64,000 nt of DNA from Bacteroidales bacterium (lineage in GTDB: Bacteria; Bacteroidota; Bacteroidia; Bacteroidales; DTGW01), in assembly GCA_026416115.1 (NCBI GenBank), contig JAOAFU010000128.1:678-64677 (forward strand), in the 5' to 3' direction. Under the pieces are notes generated by a model. That model made no database searches, was not told the DNA's origin, and was given only the letters and a program-made list of their open reading frames with translations. Shown here piece after piece: positions 20,207 through 28,829 of this stretch (its first letter is position 1; the number at the start of each line of letters is the position of its first letter). The position numbers were made by a program, and so were the translations under genes.

Positions 20207-20380
20207 TTATTTTGCCTGATAAAAGCAATTTTTCGGTGAAAAAATCTTCTCTTCTGCTTTTAGGGCTTTAATAGCTTTGTCAACTTCTTTTTTGTCCAAT
20301 CCAGCAGCTTCTGCTATTTCTCCTGGTCGCATCGGTTTGTTGCTGTTTTTCAGTACCGATAAAACAATCTCTTTACTCAT
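20207..20380 (-). CDS. small (57 aa) winged-helix DNA-binding protein; not in the ORF track (<60 aa)
   Basis: My translation: MSKEIVLSVLKNSNKPMRPGEIAEAAGLDKKEVDKAIKALKAEEKIFSPKNCFYQAK. It shows a helix-turn-helix plus wing pattern and has its own -7 box 25 nt upstream. Confidence 0.65.
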   Translation of the reverse strand: MSKEIVLSVLKNSNKPMRPGEIAEAAGLDKKEVDKAIKALKAEEKIFSPKNCFYQAK

Positions 20381-20404
20381 ATATTCCTCGTTTTACGTTT
20401 TCCT

Positions 20405-20412
20405 CAAATTTA
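20405..20412 (-). promoter_or_regulatory. candidate -7 box (TAAATTTG) for the 57-aa wHTH gene
   Basis: Exact TAnnTTTG match 25 nt upstream of the ATG at 20380. Confidence 0.4.
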
Positions 20413-20433
20413 TTAAACTTCAAAAATTAATTG

Positions 20434-20441
20434 TAGGTTTG
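20434..20441 (+). promoter_or_regulatory. candidate -7 box (TAGGTTTG) for the mtgA operon
   Basis: Exact TAnnTTTG match 19 nt upstream of the mtgA ATG. Confidence 0.4.
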
Positions 20442-20459
20442 TAAAAAATATTTTTTTTC

Positions 20460-21152
20460 ATGTCGGCTATTCAACGGAAAAAGTTTCTGGGATTTATTAA
20501 ACGATTTCTTTTTGTAGCTTTTTCGGCAAGTATATTTTGGGTGATGCTCTATAAATATCTTAATCCACCAATTACTTCGCTCATGTTCATTAGAGCTTTA
20601 GAACATGACAAATCGAAAGGTAAGTTTCGTTTTCAACACCGCTGGGTTTCGCTCGATAAAATTTCTGAAAACATGGTATGGGCTGTAGTAGCTGCCGAAG
20701 ATAACAATTTCACAACTCATTTTGGAGTCGACTGGGAAGCTATTCAAAAGGCTCGCAAAATAAATAGGTACAGTCGCATTAAACATGGAGCTAGCACAAT
20801 TACCCAGCAAACAGCAAAAAATGTTTTTCTTTTTCCCTCACGGACCTATTTTCGCAAAGCTTTAGAGCTTTATTTTACCTATCTAATGGAGTTATTATGG
20901 AGTAAACGTCGAATTATGGAGGTCTATCTCAATGTTATCGAGCTTGGTCGGGGAATATATGGAGTTGAGGCAGCTGCCCAGTATTATTATAAAAAAAGTG
21001 CAAGCGAACTTAGTGCTTCCGAAGCTGCAATGCTGGCAGCTATTTTACCAGCGCCCTTACGTCGAAACCCAGCTCAACCCTCTTCATACCTAATTAATCG
21101 GCAGCAACGTATTCTTAACCTTATGAATAAGATTGGGAAACCCAATTTGTGA
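20460..21152 (+). CDS. mtgA: monofunctional peptidoglycan glycosyltransferase
   Basis: GT51 motifs (AEDNNF, GASTITQQTAKN, RKALE, KRRIMEVYLN) with a single N-terminal TM segment. Confidence 0.9.
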   Translation: MSAIQRKKFLGFIKRFLFVAFSASIFWVMLYKYLNPPITSLMFIRALEHDKSKGKFRFQHRWVSLDKISENMVWAVVAAEDNNFTTHFGVDWEAIQKARKINRYSRIKHGASTITQQTAKNVFLFPSRTYFRKALELYFTYLMELLWSKRRIMEVYLNVIELGRGIYGVEAAAQYYYKKSASELSASEAAMLAAILPAPLRRNPAQPSSYLINRQQRILNLMNKIGKPNL

Positions 21153-21157
21153 AGCTT

Positions 21158-22318
21158 ATGCGTATTCTCTTTTTTTTACATCGTATTGGACCCTATCATC
21201 ATGCTCGTTTCTCTGAACTAGCAAAAAAATGTGAGCTTACAGTTGTGGAAATACTTCCCTCGTCCGATGAGTATGAGTGGAAACCTCTTACAGTTATTTC
21301 TAATTATCTAAGAGTAAAGATGAAAAACAATGACAAGGGAGAAGAACTTAGAGGATATAAATTGATGAAGGAGGTACGAAATCTTGTAGATGCGTATCAA
21401 CCACAGGCTGTAATTACAATGGGATGGAACAATCGAACTTACATGGCAGCTCTTTTTGTGGCAAAAAAAAGAAACATACCAGTTTTTGCTATGTCCGACA
21501 GTACTTATGACCATGTAAAGCGATTTAAAATAATAGAATTTATTAAAAGACTATTAGTTAAAAGCTTCGATGGTTTCGTGACAGCAGGGAAACGAAGTGA
21601 ACAGTATTTACATTTTTTAGGGGTTGAAAAATCATTTATCTTCAAACCATTTGATGTAGTCGACAATACTCACTTTAAGCAAGTAGGAGATTATCTTCCC
21701 GATTTTGATTATTCAAAACCCTATATTTTATGTGTTAGCCGGTACATACCCGAAAAAAATCTTTTCACATTAATTGATGCTTACCACCTTTATTTGCAGA
21801 AACATCCCGATGAGAATACTTTACTTTATATTATTGGTTCTGGCCCACTTGAAAAGCTCTTACGAAGCAAGATTGAAAAATTATCACATCGGCTGATATG
21901 TCTACTTCCTTTTGTTCAGTACGAGGAATTACCAACTTTGTATCATCATGCAAAAGGTCTGATATTAGCTAGTACAAGCGAACAATGGGGACTTGTTGTC
22001 AACGAAGCAATGGCTGCAGGGATACCGGTGCTCGTTTCAAACCGATGTGGATGTGTTGATGATCTGGTGTTCGATGGCGTGAATGGATGGGTAATGGAGC
22101 CTACGTTGGAAGGCATTTTGAATGTGCTCGAAAAATTTTTCTCAACTACACCATCGCGTTTAAAACAAATGGGCAAAAGAGGGCAGGATATTATTAGCCA
22201 CTTCGATCTTAAAGATTATACTATTGCTGTGCTATCGATGATTGAAAGGGTTAAGAGTAAAAAAATTAAATGGGATGCATTTCAGAAACTCATCGTATTT
22301 TTACGTATCTTTTTTTAG
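21158..22318 (+). CDS. glycosyltransferase family 4 (GT-B)
   Basis: C-terminal SEQWGLVVNEAMAAGIPVLVSNRCG (EX7E-type motif). The track start at 21149 is GTG and overlaps the mtgA stop; the ATG at 21158 is preferred. Confidence 0.85.
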   Translation: MRILFFLHRIGPYHHARFSELAKKCELTVVEILPSSDEYEWKPLTVISNYLRVKMKNNDKGEELRGYKLMKEVRNLVDAYQPQAVITMGWNNRTYMAALFVAKKRNIPVFAMSDSTYDHVKRFKIIEFIKRLLVKSFDGFVTAGKRSEQYLHFLGVEKSFIFKPFDVVDNTHFKQVGDYLPDFDYSKPYILCVSRYIPEKNLFTLIDAYHLYLQKHPDENTLLYIIGSGPLEKLLRSKIEKLSHRLICLLPFVQYEELPTLYHHAKGLILASTSEQWGLVVNEAMAAGIPVLVSNRCGCVDDLVFDGVNGWVMEPTLEGILNVLEKFFSTTPSRLKQMGKRGQDIISHFDLKDYTIAVLSMIERVKSKKIKWDAFQKLIVFLRIFF

Positions 22319-22324
22319 GATAGC

Positions 22325-23641
22325 ATGCTTACAGGTAACGAATGGCTATACACAATTTTACTGGCAGTTGGGGTTATAGGTATCCCAATAGTTCAGGTAT
22401 TTAGCAAAAAATATTACGCCATTTTTTCGCCAATAACAATGGTTTGTGTAGTTTATTTTTACTATGCCTTACTTGGACCTTTTAATAAAATGGCAAGTGG
22501 CGAAGTAATTGTGCGTACCAACGACCTAAGAGAATATTTTACTCCTGCAATGGTAGGCTGCTTGGTTTCTTTTTATTCTCTACTACTCGGTTATTTGTCT
22601 AAAAAAAGATTTAGGGGCAGAGCTTTTGCTCTCAATTTTCCTGTTGTTACCAAGCAATTGCGAAACATAGGGTTTACAATTATTGCTATTGCATTAACCC
22701 TATTTACCATTTTCTCAGGAGGCGATATTGTTTCGAGAATAAATTTTCTCGATGTAGCTAAAACTGGCCAAGACTTCTCAGGTTCTTTTGCAAGCTATCT
22801 TATGCTTTCTATCAACTTTCTTGTTGTTGGTGCTTTGCTTACTTTTTATTATTACTACAATAGGAAAGTATTGCTCGTTTTTCTTTTCATTTTTGGTCTT
22901 ATAGTTTCTCTTTTTATCAACGAAGCATTTCGTTATCGGATTGTAATATTAATTCTTGCCCTTTTTTCTGCCTACCATTTATATCGCCAGCAAAAACCTA
23001 ATCTGGTATTTATGGCAGCTACAATTATTCCTTTCTTTTTACTTATGGGCATACTTGAAATTGCTCGGGTTTATGGCCGAGGTATCGATGTTACGCGTAT
23101 CGAAAATGTCGAGTATGGCGACCTGGCCGAAAAAAGTCTTAACGAAACCGATGTTTTCTGGGCTACTGGTCTGTTTATGGATAAAGTGTTCGAAGTTGCC
23201 GATTATACGTATTTCGATTTTATTGTCAATGCAATTGCGTCACCTATACCACGTAAAATTTGGCCAAGTAAACCCGATGGTAGTTACATTTTAAAAACAA
23301 ACGACGATTTGTTCGGTAGTACGGGTAAGGGACAGGCATATCTTAACTTCAGCGAATATTATCTTGCTTTTGGTTGGTTAGGCGTTGTAGTAGTATCATT
23401 TTTATGGGGATATTTTTTTAAGACCGTTTGGTTGTGGTTTCTTAGGTACAAAGAACATCCACTAGCTATTACTGCAATTTCGGTTTTTAATGCTTTCATC
23501 TATGTGATTATCTCCCGAAATTATTTTACTCAGCATTTAACTTTATTCTTTTTTACAGTTTATCCTGCGTTTTTTGTAATCTGGTTGTATCGAAAACGTT
23601 TTATAAACCCATATTTTTATGTACGTCGTCAACATAGTTGA
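22325..23641 (+). CDS. Wzy-like oligosaccharide repeat-unit polymerase / O-antigen-ligase-like polytopic membrane protein
   Basis: 438 aa with about 10 hydrophobic segments and one larger loop, lying between two GT4 genes. Family-level call only. Confidence 0.6.
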   Translation: MLTGNEWLYTILLAVGVIGIPIVQVFSKKYYAIFSPITMVCVVYFYYALLGPFNKMASGEVIVRTNDLREYFTPAMVGCLVSFYSLLLGYLSKKRFRGRAFALNFPVVTKQLRNIGFTIIAIALTLFTIFSGGDIVSRINFLDVAKTGQDFSGSFASYLMLSINFLVVGALLTFYYYYNRKVLLVFLFIFGLIVSLFINEAFRYRIVILILALFSAYHLYRQQKPNLVFMAATIIPFFLLMGILEIARVYGRGIDVTRIENVEYGDLAEKSLNETDVFWATGLFMDKVFEVADYTYFDFIVNAIASPIPRKIWPSKPDGSYILKTNDDLFGSTGKGQAYLNFSEYYLAFGWLGVVVVSFLWGYFFKTVWLWFLRYKEHPLAITAISVFNAFIYVIISRNYFTQHLTLFFFTVYPAFFVIWLYRKRFINPYFYVRRQHS

Positions 23642-24677
23642 TAGGCTCGATATAGTTAATTTCGGGATCTGGAATGCTGCTATAGCCACTGCCCCTGTCT
23701 TAAAAGAAAAATTTGGGATAATTTCTCAGCTTTGGTATCCTAAAAATTCAAGTCAGGTGCCTCCAAATATTGATAAAATAGTCGAACTCATACCTATTTC
23801 TTCTTTAGATTCATTCCCATCTTTACCTGGCGATACCATCATTGTGAGTCATGGATGCTGGCGAATGCCAACACAGGTTGGAGCAAAGCTCAAAAAAAAA
23901 GGATATCCATGGATGTATGTACCGCATGGAATGCTCGAATCGTGGAGTATGCATCAAAAATGGTATCTTAAATACCCTTACTTCTGGCTTTACGAGCGAA
24001 ATGCATCGCTTCGGGCCGATGTTGTTAGGGCTGTTAGTACACCCGAAAAAAATAATTTACTTAAGATTTACGACCGGGTGATTCTAATTCCGAATGGAAA
24101 TCCTGTCCCTGTCAGAGAATTCGAAAAAGATTGGCAGCTAAAACCATTGACTTTTCTTTTTCTTGGTCGATTACATAAGAAAAAAGGCATAATACCTCTG
24201 ATTAGGGCATGGAAAGCATCAAAACTAAACAACAATCCTCAATTTCAGCTTCTTATTGCCGGACCCGATGATGGTCTTTTAGATAAATTACAAATCGAAT
24301 TTTCGGGTATTAATAATTTGAAGTACCTTGGAGCAGTATTCGGAGAAAACAAAATTAATTTACTTCGTCAGTCGCATTTCTTTGTGCTTCCCTCGTTCAG
24401 TGAGGGATTTCCTACAAGCGTTATAGAAGCTATGCAGTATGGTCTAATACCAGTTATATCAGAAGGATGTAATTTCCCTGAAGCTTTTCAAAACCAATTA
24501 GCAATAAAAGTAATCCCCGATGTTGAAAATATTAAAATTACCCTTGAGCAGATTTCTGGCATTAATGGTATGCCTCAATTAAGCATAAAATGCAAAGAGT
24601 TTGCTTGTCAAAACTATTCGATCGAGCGTATTGCCGAGCTCCAGTATCAATGTTTCAGAGATTTACTTAAATTATAA
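23619..24677 (+). CDS. glycosyltransferase family 4 (GT-B)
   Basis: SEGFPTSVIEAMQYGLIPVISEGCNFPE motif. Overlaps the preceding gene by 23 nt. Confidence 0.85.
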   Translation: MYVVNIVDRLDIVNFGIWNAAIATAPVLKEKFGIISQLWYPKNSSQVPPNIDKIVELIPISSLDSFPSLPGDTIIVSHGCWRMPTQVGAKLKKKGYPWMYVPHGMLESWSMHQKWYLKYPYFWLYERNASLRADVVRAVSTPEKNNLLKIYDRVILIPNGNPVPVREFEKDWQLKPLTFLFLGRLHKKKGIIPLIRAWKASKLNNNPQFQLLIAGPDDGLLDKLQIEFSGINNLKYLGAVFGENKINLLRQSHFFVLPSFSEGFPTSVIEAMQYGLIPVISEGCNFPEAFQNQLAIKVIPDVENIKITLEQISGINGMPQLSIKCKEFACQNYSIERIAELQYQCFRDLLKL

Positions 24678-24731
24678 TTCTTATCCCGTACAGGTAAATT
24701 GTTGAACATTCATTTAAAATAATAAATACCG

Positions 24732-25229
24732 ATGAAAAAAATAATGATGTTTATTACCTTAGGATTTTTTGCATGCCAGCAGAAACCCGAGAATATTAGT
24801 ATAGTGAGAAATCAAGTAATGCTCGATACTTTGTCCTTTGTAGCAATTGCCGATACTATTATCGCCGATATGGTAGTTAAAAATCCCGATACTGCCGACT
24901 GGTGGACTGAAAAATGTCTGCGCAGACTTAAAAGGGAGTCATTTGTCGATACGATTTTTCAACAACTATATCGTAAACAACTTGTGGCCTACGACTACTA
25001 TACCAATAAACCACTCTCGACAAGTCAGATTAAGGAGATCGAGAGAAGGGAAGATTTTAATCGAAATATTGTGGGAAAGTTTCAATTCTACGAGGGCTGG
25101 TATTACGATGTCCAGAATAAGGTTTTTATTAAAAAAGTGTATGCTATCATATTTGGTTACGAAACATACGATGATAAAGGCATGGTTAAGGGCTACAAAC
25201 CAATGTTTAAAGTCTTGTTTCAAGATTGA
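24732..25229 (+). CDS. hypothetical lipoprotein
   Basis: Lipobox-like signal (ITLGFFAC). No family recognised. Confidence 0.5.
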   Translation: MKKIMMFITLGFFACQQKPENISIVRNQVMLDTLSFVAIADTIIADMVVKNPDTADWWTEKCLRRLKRESFVDTIFQQLYRKQLVAYDYYTNKPLSTSQIKEIERREDFNRNIVGKFQFYEGWYYDVQNKVFIKKVYAIIFGYETYDDKGMVKGYKPMFKVLFQD

Positions 25230-25238
25230 TAAAAAAAA

Positions 25239-25268
25239 GTAAATCCCACCTTTTAAAGCGGGACTTAC
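25239..25268 (+). terminator. possible hairpin after the last gene of the mtgA operon (no T tract)
   Basis: GTAAATCCC ... GGGACTTAC forms a 9-bp stem with one mismatch. It is followed by the G-depleted tract rather than by Ts. Confidence 0.3.
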
Positions 25269-25356
25269 TAACCAATTATTAACCCAAAAACATGAAAACT
25301 AACTACTAACCAACTACTAACTAACTATTAACCAACTAACCAACTTGCTACTCTAT
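25263..25356 (+). repeat. G-depleted degenerate tandem repeat built from ACTAAC/CCAACTA-like units
   Basis: ...ACTAACTACTAACCAACTACTAACTAACTATTAACCAACTAACCAACT... My hand count is about 26 C versus 2 G in ~94 nt. Lies between convergent genes. Confidence 0.6.
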
Positions 25357-25397
25357 AGAAAGAATTTTCAATAATCGTGCCAAACTCTATATACCCT

Positions 25398-25952
25398 TTA
25401 TTTATTAATTTTAATTTTATAATTTGCTTCAACTAAACCTTTGCTTATATCGGTTAACTTTCGTTTTAAGAGTTTTTTCCGTAGAGGTGCAATACGGTCA
25501 ATTAAGAGTATTCCCTCTATGTGGTCGTATTCGTGCTGAATTACACGGGCGCGGAAGCCATCATAAACTTCTTCATGGGGAATAAAATTTTCATCAACAT
25601 ATCGAATTCGTATATTACTATGTCGTTTAATATCTTCTCTAATTCCAGGTAAGCTCAGACATCCTTCGTTATATATCACTTCATCGCCCCATGTTTCGAT
25701 AATTTCTGCATTGATAAATACTTTTCTGAAATCATTTAGCTGCGGATCTTCGTCCGCCATGGGTGAGGCATCAATTACAAAAAGCCTGATCGAAAGCCCA
25801 ATTTGTGGAGCCGCTAATCCTATACCGTCTGAGGCTTTCATGGTGTCGAACATATCCGCTATAAGTTGTTGTAAGTTTGGATAATCAGGTTCAATTTCTT
25901 TGGCCACCTCTCTTAATACGGGTTGTCCATATACATATATCGGGTAAATCAT
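25398..25952 (-). CDS. def: peptide deformylase
   Basis: GIGLAAPQIG, EGCLS and QHEYDH motifs. Confidence 0.93.
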   Translation of the reverse strand: MIYPIYVYGQPVLREVAKEIEPDYPNLQQLIADMFDTMKASDGIGLAAPQIGLSIRLFVIDASPMADEDPQLNDFRKVFINAEIIETWGDEVIYNEGCLSLPGIREDIKRHSNIRIRYVDENFIPHEEVYDGFRARVIQHEYDHIEGILLIDRIAPLRKKLLKRKLTDISKGLVEANYKIKINK

Positions 25953-25973
25953 GAATTTATTGTTTTATTAACA

Positions 25974-26387
25974 TTATTTTTGATTTAAGTATTCCTGTAA
26001 TATGATTGCGGCGCTCATTCGATCAATTCTCCCTTTATCCTGGCGTTGACTTCGGGTAAAACCACCTTCAATAAGCAACCGTTGTGCGATTTTTGAAGTA
26101 TATCGTTCGTCGACCTGGCGTATCGGCATTTGAGGATATCGTTTAACAAACTCCTTAATAAAGGGATTTAGCTGCCTTAAAATTTCCGAACCTCCTTTTC
26201 CGTTGGTTTGTATCGGATATCCGATCAATACCATTTCGACCCCCTCATTTCGAAAATAGGTGTCTAGAAAATCCCATATTTCAGAAGGACTTATAGTTGC
26301 AAGTTGTTGGGCAAACATTTGCAAAGGGTCGCTCACTGCAATCCCAATCCTTTTTCTACCATAATCTAACGCTAAAATACGTCCCAA
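25974..26387 (-). CDS. ruvX: Holliday-junction resolvase-like nuclease RuvX/YqgF
   Basis: RILALDYGRKRIGIAVSD is a canonical N-terminus. The start codon on the minus strand is TTG (rc of 26385-26387), and there is no in-frame ATG nearby. Confidence 0.88.
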   Translation of the reverse strand: MGRILALDYGRKRIGIAVSDPLQMFAQQLATISPSEIWDFLDTYFRNEGVEMVLIGYPIQTNGKGGSEILRQLNPFIKEFVKRYPQMPIRQVDERYTSKIAQRLLIEGGFTRSQRQDKGRIDRMSAAIILQEYLNQK

Positions 26388-26717
26388 GGTTTAATTTTTT
26401 TGCAAATATCGGCAAAATATACCAATATAAAAGGAGCAACATTTTTTGTTTTAATCGATATACGAAACCTCATACTAAGTTTACGTTTTATAGTAATTTA
26501 TTTATTTTCAGAGTGAGAAACAATAAATTATTTTTAATTTGAGAATTTGTTTACCTACCTTGTAAAAACCTTTACTTTATTTGAGTTACTTTTTTCAAAA
26601 TATCGACATTTAATGAAACAAAATGAAGATACTTTTTCGTATAACTTGAATGGACAGATAAGGAGATAAAAGAAAACTAACTAACAAACCTAATCAATAA
26701 CCTTAAACCAACCTGCT

Positions 26718-27554
26718 ATGTATCAGAAAGTATGGAATAAATGTTACGGAGGAATTTGTGTTCTGAATTTTTTTAGTTTGAAGGGGATAAGATTTGAATC
26801 ATACACAGGATTCAAATATGGGCGTTATCTGATTACAACCGACGAGGTGGGAAAAATAGACCGACCCTATGAGGTCGAAATAGCCTTTTTAAAAGAAGAC
26901 GGGCTAACTACAAGGGAGAGCGTAAAAATTACCTATAAGGATTTTAAAAACAGGATGATTAAGGGTGTACAGGAAAGCTATTCGGGCTTTGCTCTTATTG
27001 ATATTGATTTTCCTCAGTTCGACAATATTCCATCCCTTAAGTTGAGCAATCGGGATACTTTTTCAGTCGGTGCACCCATTGCCATTGTTGGGCATCAGTG
27101 GGAGCAAAACAACTTAGCCTTAAAAACGGGGATCATTTCTTCCCATCACATCCATCAAGGAAAAAAAATGCTAATGTTCGATGCCTCTATGGATAGAGGT
27201 AATGCCGGAGCCCCCCTTATTGATGCCGAAACGTGTGAGGTCATTGGTATTATTGGCCAAAGACTAAGCATTATTCACGAAGAGTACAAAGCGCTTATGA
27301 ATGTAATAAACGCAAATATCGAGTCCCTGAAACTTTCGGAGGGAAAACTTACCTTAAACGATATAGATCCCATACAGGTATTAATTGCAAACCAGTATCA
27401 AATTAAACACCTTGCCCAGGAAGTTTTTCGCAAAGCTTCATTTACTTACGGTTATGCTTTACCGGTTTCGTATGTGTGCGAATTCTTCGACATTGCAGAG
27501 CTGGAGAAGGATATAGTATATATAAATGTAGAAAACAACAAGAGTAATTTATAA
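26718..27554 (+). CDS. trypsin-fold (S1/HtrA-like core) protein with an apparently substituted catalytic triad; no signal peptide
   Basis: SVGAPIAIVGHQ, LKTGIISS and FDASMDRGNAGAPLID..EVIGIIG match the peptidase core, but GNAGAP replaces GNSGGP. The His and Asp positions also look substituted. See findings. Confidence 0.55.
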   Translation: MYQKVWNKCYGGICVLNFFSLKGIRFESYTGFKYGRYLITTDEVGKIDRPYEVEIAFLKEDGLTTRESVKITYKDFKNRMIKGVQESYSGFALIDIDFPQFDNIPSLKLSNRDTFSVGAPIAIVGHQWEQNNLALKTGIISSHHIHQGKKMLMFDASMDRGNAGAPLIDAETCEVIGIIGQRLSIIHEEYKALMNVINANIESLKLSEGKLTLNDIDPIQVLIANQYQIKHLAQEVFRKASFTYGYALPVSYVCEFFDIAELEKDIVYINVENNKSNL

Positions 27555-27583
27555 AAGTCATTTTGCAAATTAATTACGAGCAT

Positions 27584-27623
27584 AAAAAGAACTGCCATGG
27601 CACTAGCTATGGCAGTTCTTTTT
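27584..27623. terminator. strong bidirectional intrinsic terminator between convergent genes
   Basis: AAAAAGAACTGCCAT / ATGGCAGTTCTTTTT forms a perfect 15-bp stem with a 10-nt loop and A/T-run flanks on both sides. Confidence 0.85.
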
Positions 27624-27644
27624 GATAGATTGATAAATTATTTT

Positions 27645-28787
27645 TTACCTTATCAGGCTAAGTTTAACGATGCTTGTTTGGGTGTATGTTTTGCCAGGTT
27701 CAAGTATCACTGAAGGAAAATTTGGTTTATTGGGAGAATCGGGGAAGTGTTGTGGCTCAATTGCAATTGCTGAACGATAATTATAGGGTTTGCCCGACTT
27801 GCCAATTACCTTACCATTCATAAAATTGCCAGAGTATACCTGAACACCTGGTTCGGTGGTATAGAGTTCAAGTATACGACCACTTATGCTATCGGTAAGA
27901 CGGACGGCTAATCCAAGTTCTTTTTCCTTTTTATCGAGTACCCAGTTATGATCGTATCCTTTACCATTTTTGAGCTGTTCGTTTTCTTCGTTAATGCGCT
28001 CACCAATTTTACGGGGCTTACGAAAATCAAATGGAGTGTTCGATACATCTACAAGACTACCGGTGGGTATAAGCAAACTGTCAACAGGAGTTGTTTGACT
28101 TGCAAAAATTTCGAGATAATGATCGAGAATATCCCCATTTCCTTCACCGTGAAGGTTATAGTATGCATGATTGGTAAGGTTGATAACAGTTTTTTTATCG
28201 GTTGTGGCTTCGTATTTCATTATCAACTCGTTGTTATTGGTTAAAATGTATTGGACGGTAACTTTAAGATTTCCAGGGTAGCCTTCTTCACCGTCGGGAG
28301 AAGTGTAGGTTAGGGTAAGGGTGTCGCCTTGCTGAGTCGCATCCCAAACTTTTTTATCGAATCCTTTTAGACCTCCATGTAAGGTGTTTCCATGATCATT
28401 GGCATAAAGTTTATATTTTTTTCCGTCGAGTGTAAAAGTTGCTTTACCGATGCGATTAGCATAACGCCCTACTACACAGCCAAGATACATATCGTCGTTT
28501 AGGTAATTGTCTAAGGAACCGAAACCTAGGGTAATGTCATCATATTTTCCATTTTTGTCGGGAACAAGCATTGAAACAATTCGGGCACCGAAGTTTGTAA
28601 TTTTAACAACCATGCCACTATCGTTTTTCAGGGTGTAAAGATTAACTTTTTTACCATCGATTTCGCGTTGAAAACCAGATTCTTTAACAAGGGTATCGAC
28701 AGCTTCGAAGTTGTTGTTAACTTGTTTTTGTTGTGAGCAGGAGGCTATGAGAAATGTAGCCACCAAAACTTTCATAATTGTTTTCAT
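27645..28787 (-). CDS. galM: aldose 1-epimerase (galactose mutarotase), exported or lipoprotein form
   Basis: VGRYANRI, LHGG and TNHAYYNL motifs. N-terminal signal with Cys (LIASC). Confidence 0.88.
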   Translation of the reverse strand: MKTIMKVLVATFLIASCSQQKQVNNNFEAVDTLVKESGFQREIDGKKVNLYTLKNDSGMVVKITNFGARIVSMLVPDKNGKYDDITLGFGSLDNYLNDDMYLGCVVGRYANRIGKATFTLDGKKYKLYANDHGNTLHGGLKGFDKKVWDATQQGDTLTLTYTSPDGEEGYPGNLKVTVQYILTNNNELIMKYEATTDKKTVINLTNHAYYNLHGEGNGDILDHYLEIFASQTTPVDSLLIPTGSLVDVSNTPFDFRKPRKIGERINEENEQLKNGKGYDHNWVLDKKEKELGLAVRLTDSISGRILELYTTEPGVQVYSGNFMNGKVIGKSGKPYNYRSAIAIEPQHFPDSPNKPNFPSVILEPGKTYTQTSIVKLSLIR

Positions 28788-28829
28788 AGTTTTTGATTTT
28801 AATAGTTATTGAAATTTCTGGTTAATGAT

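Noticed and set aside
25266-25278. An exact 13-mer, TACTAACCAATTA, shared between 25266-25278 and 47846-47858, both just 3' of hairpins.
   Set aside because: By a rough pair-count estimate, tens of exact 13-mer matches are expected by chance in 64 kb of AT-rich sequence. It is not evidence for a repeated element on its own. It is mentioned only as part of the G-depleted tract observation.
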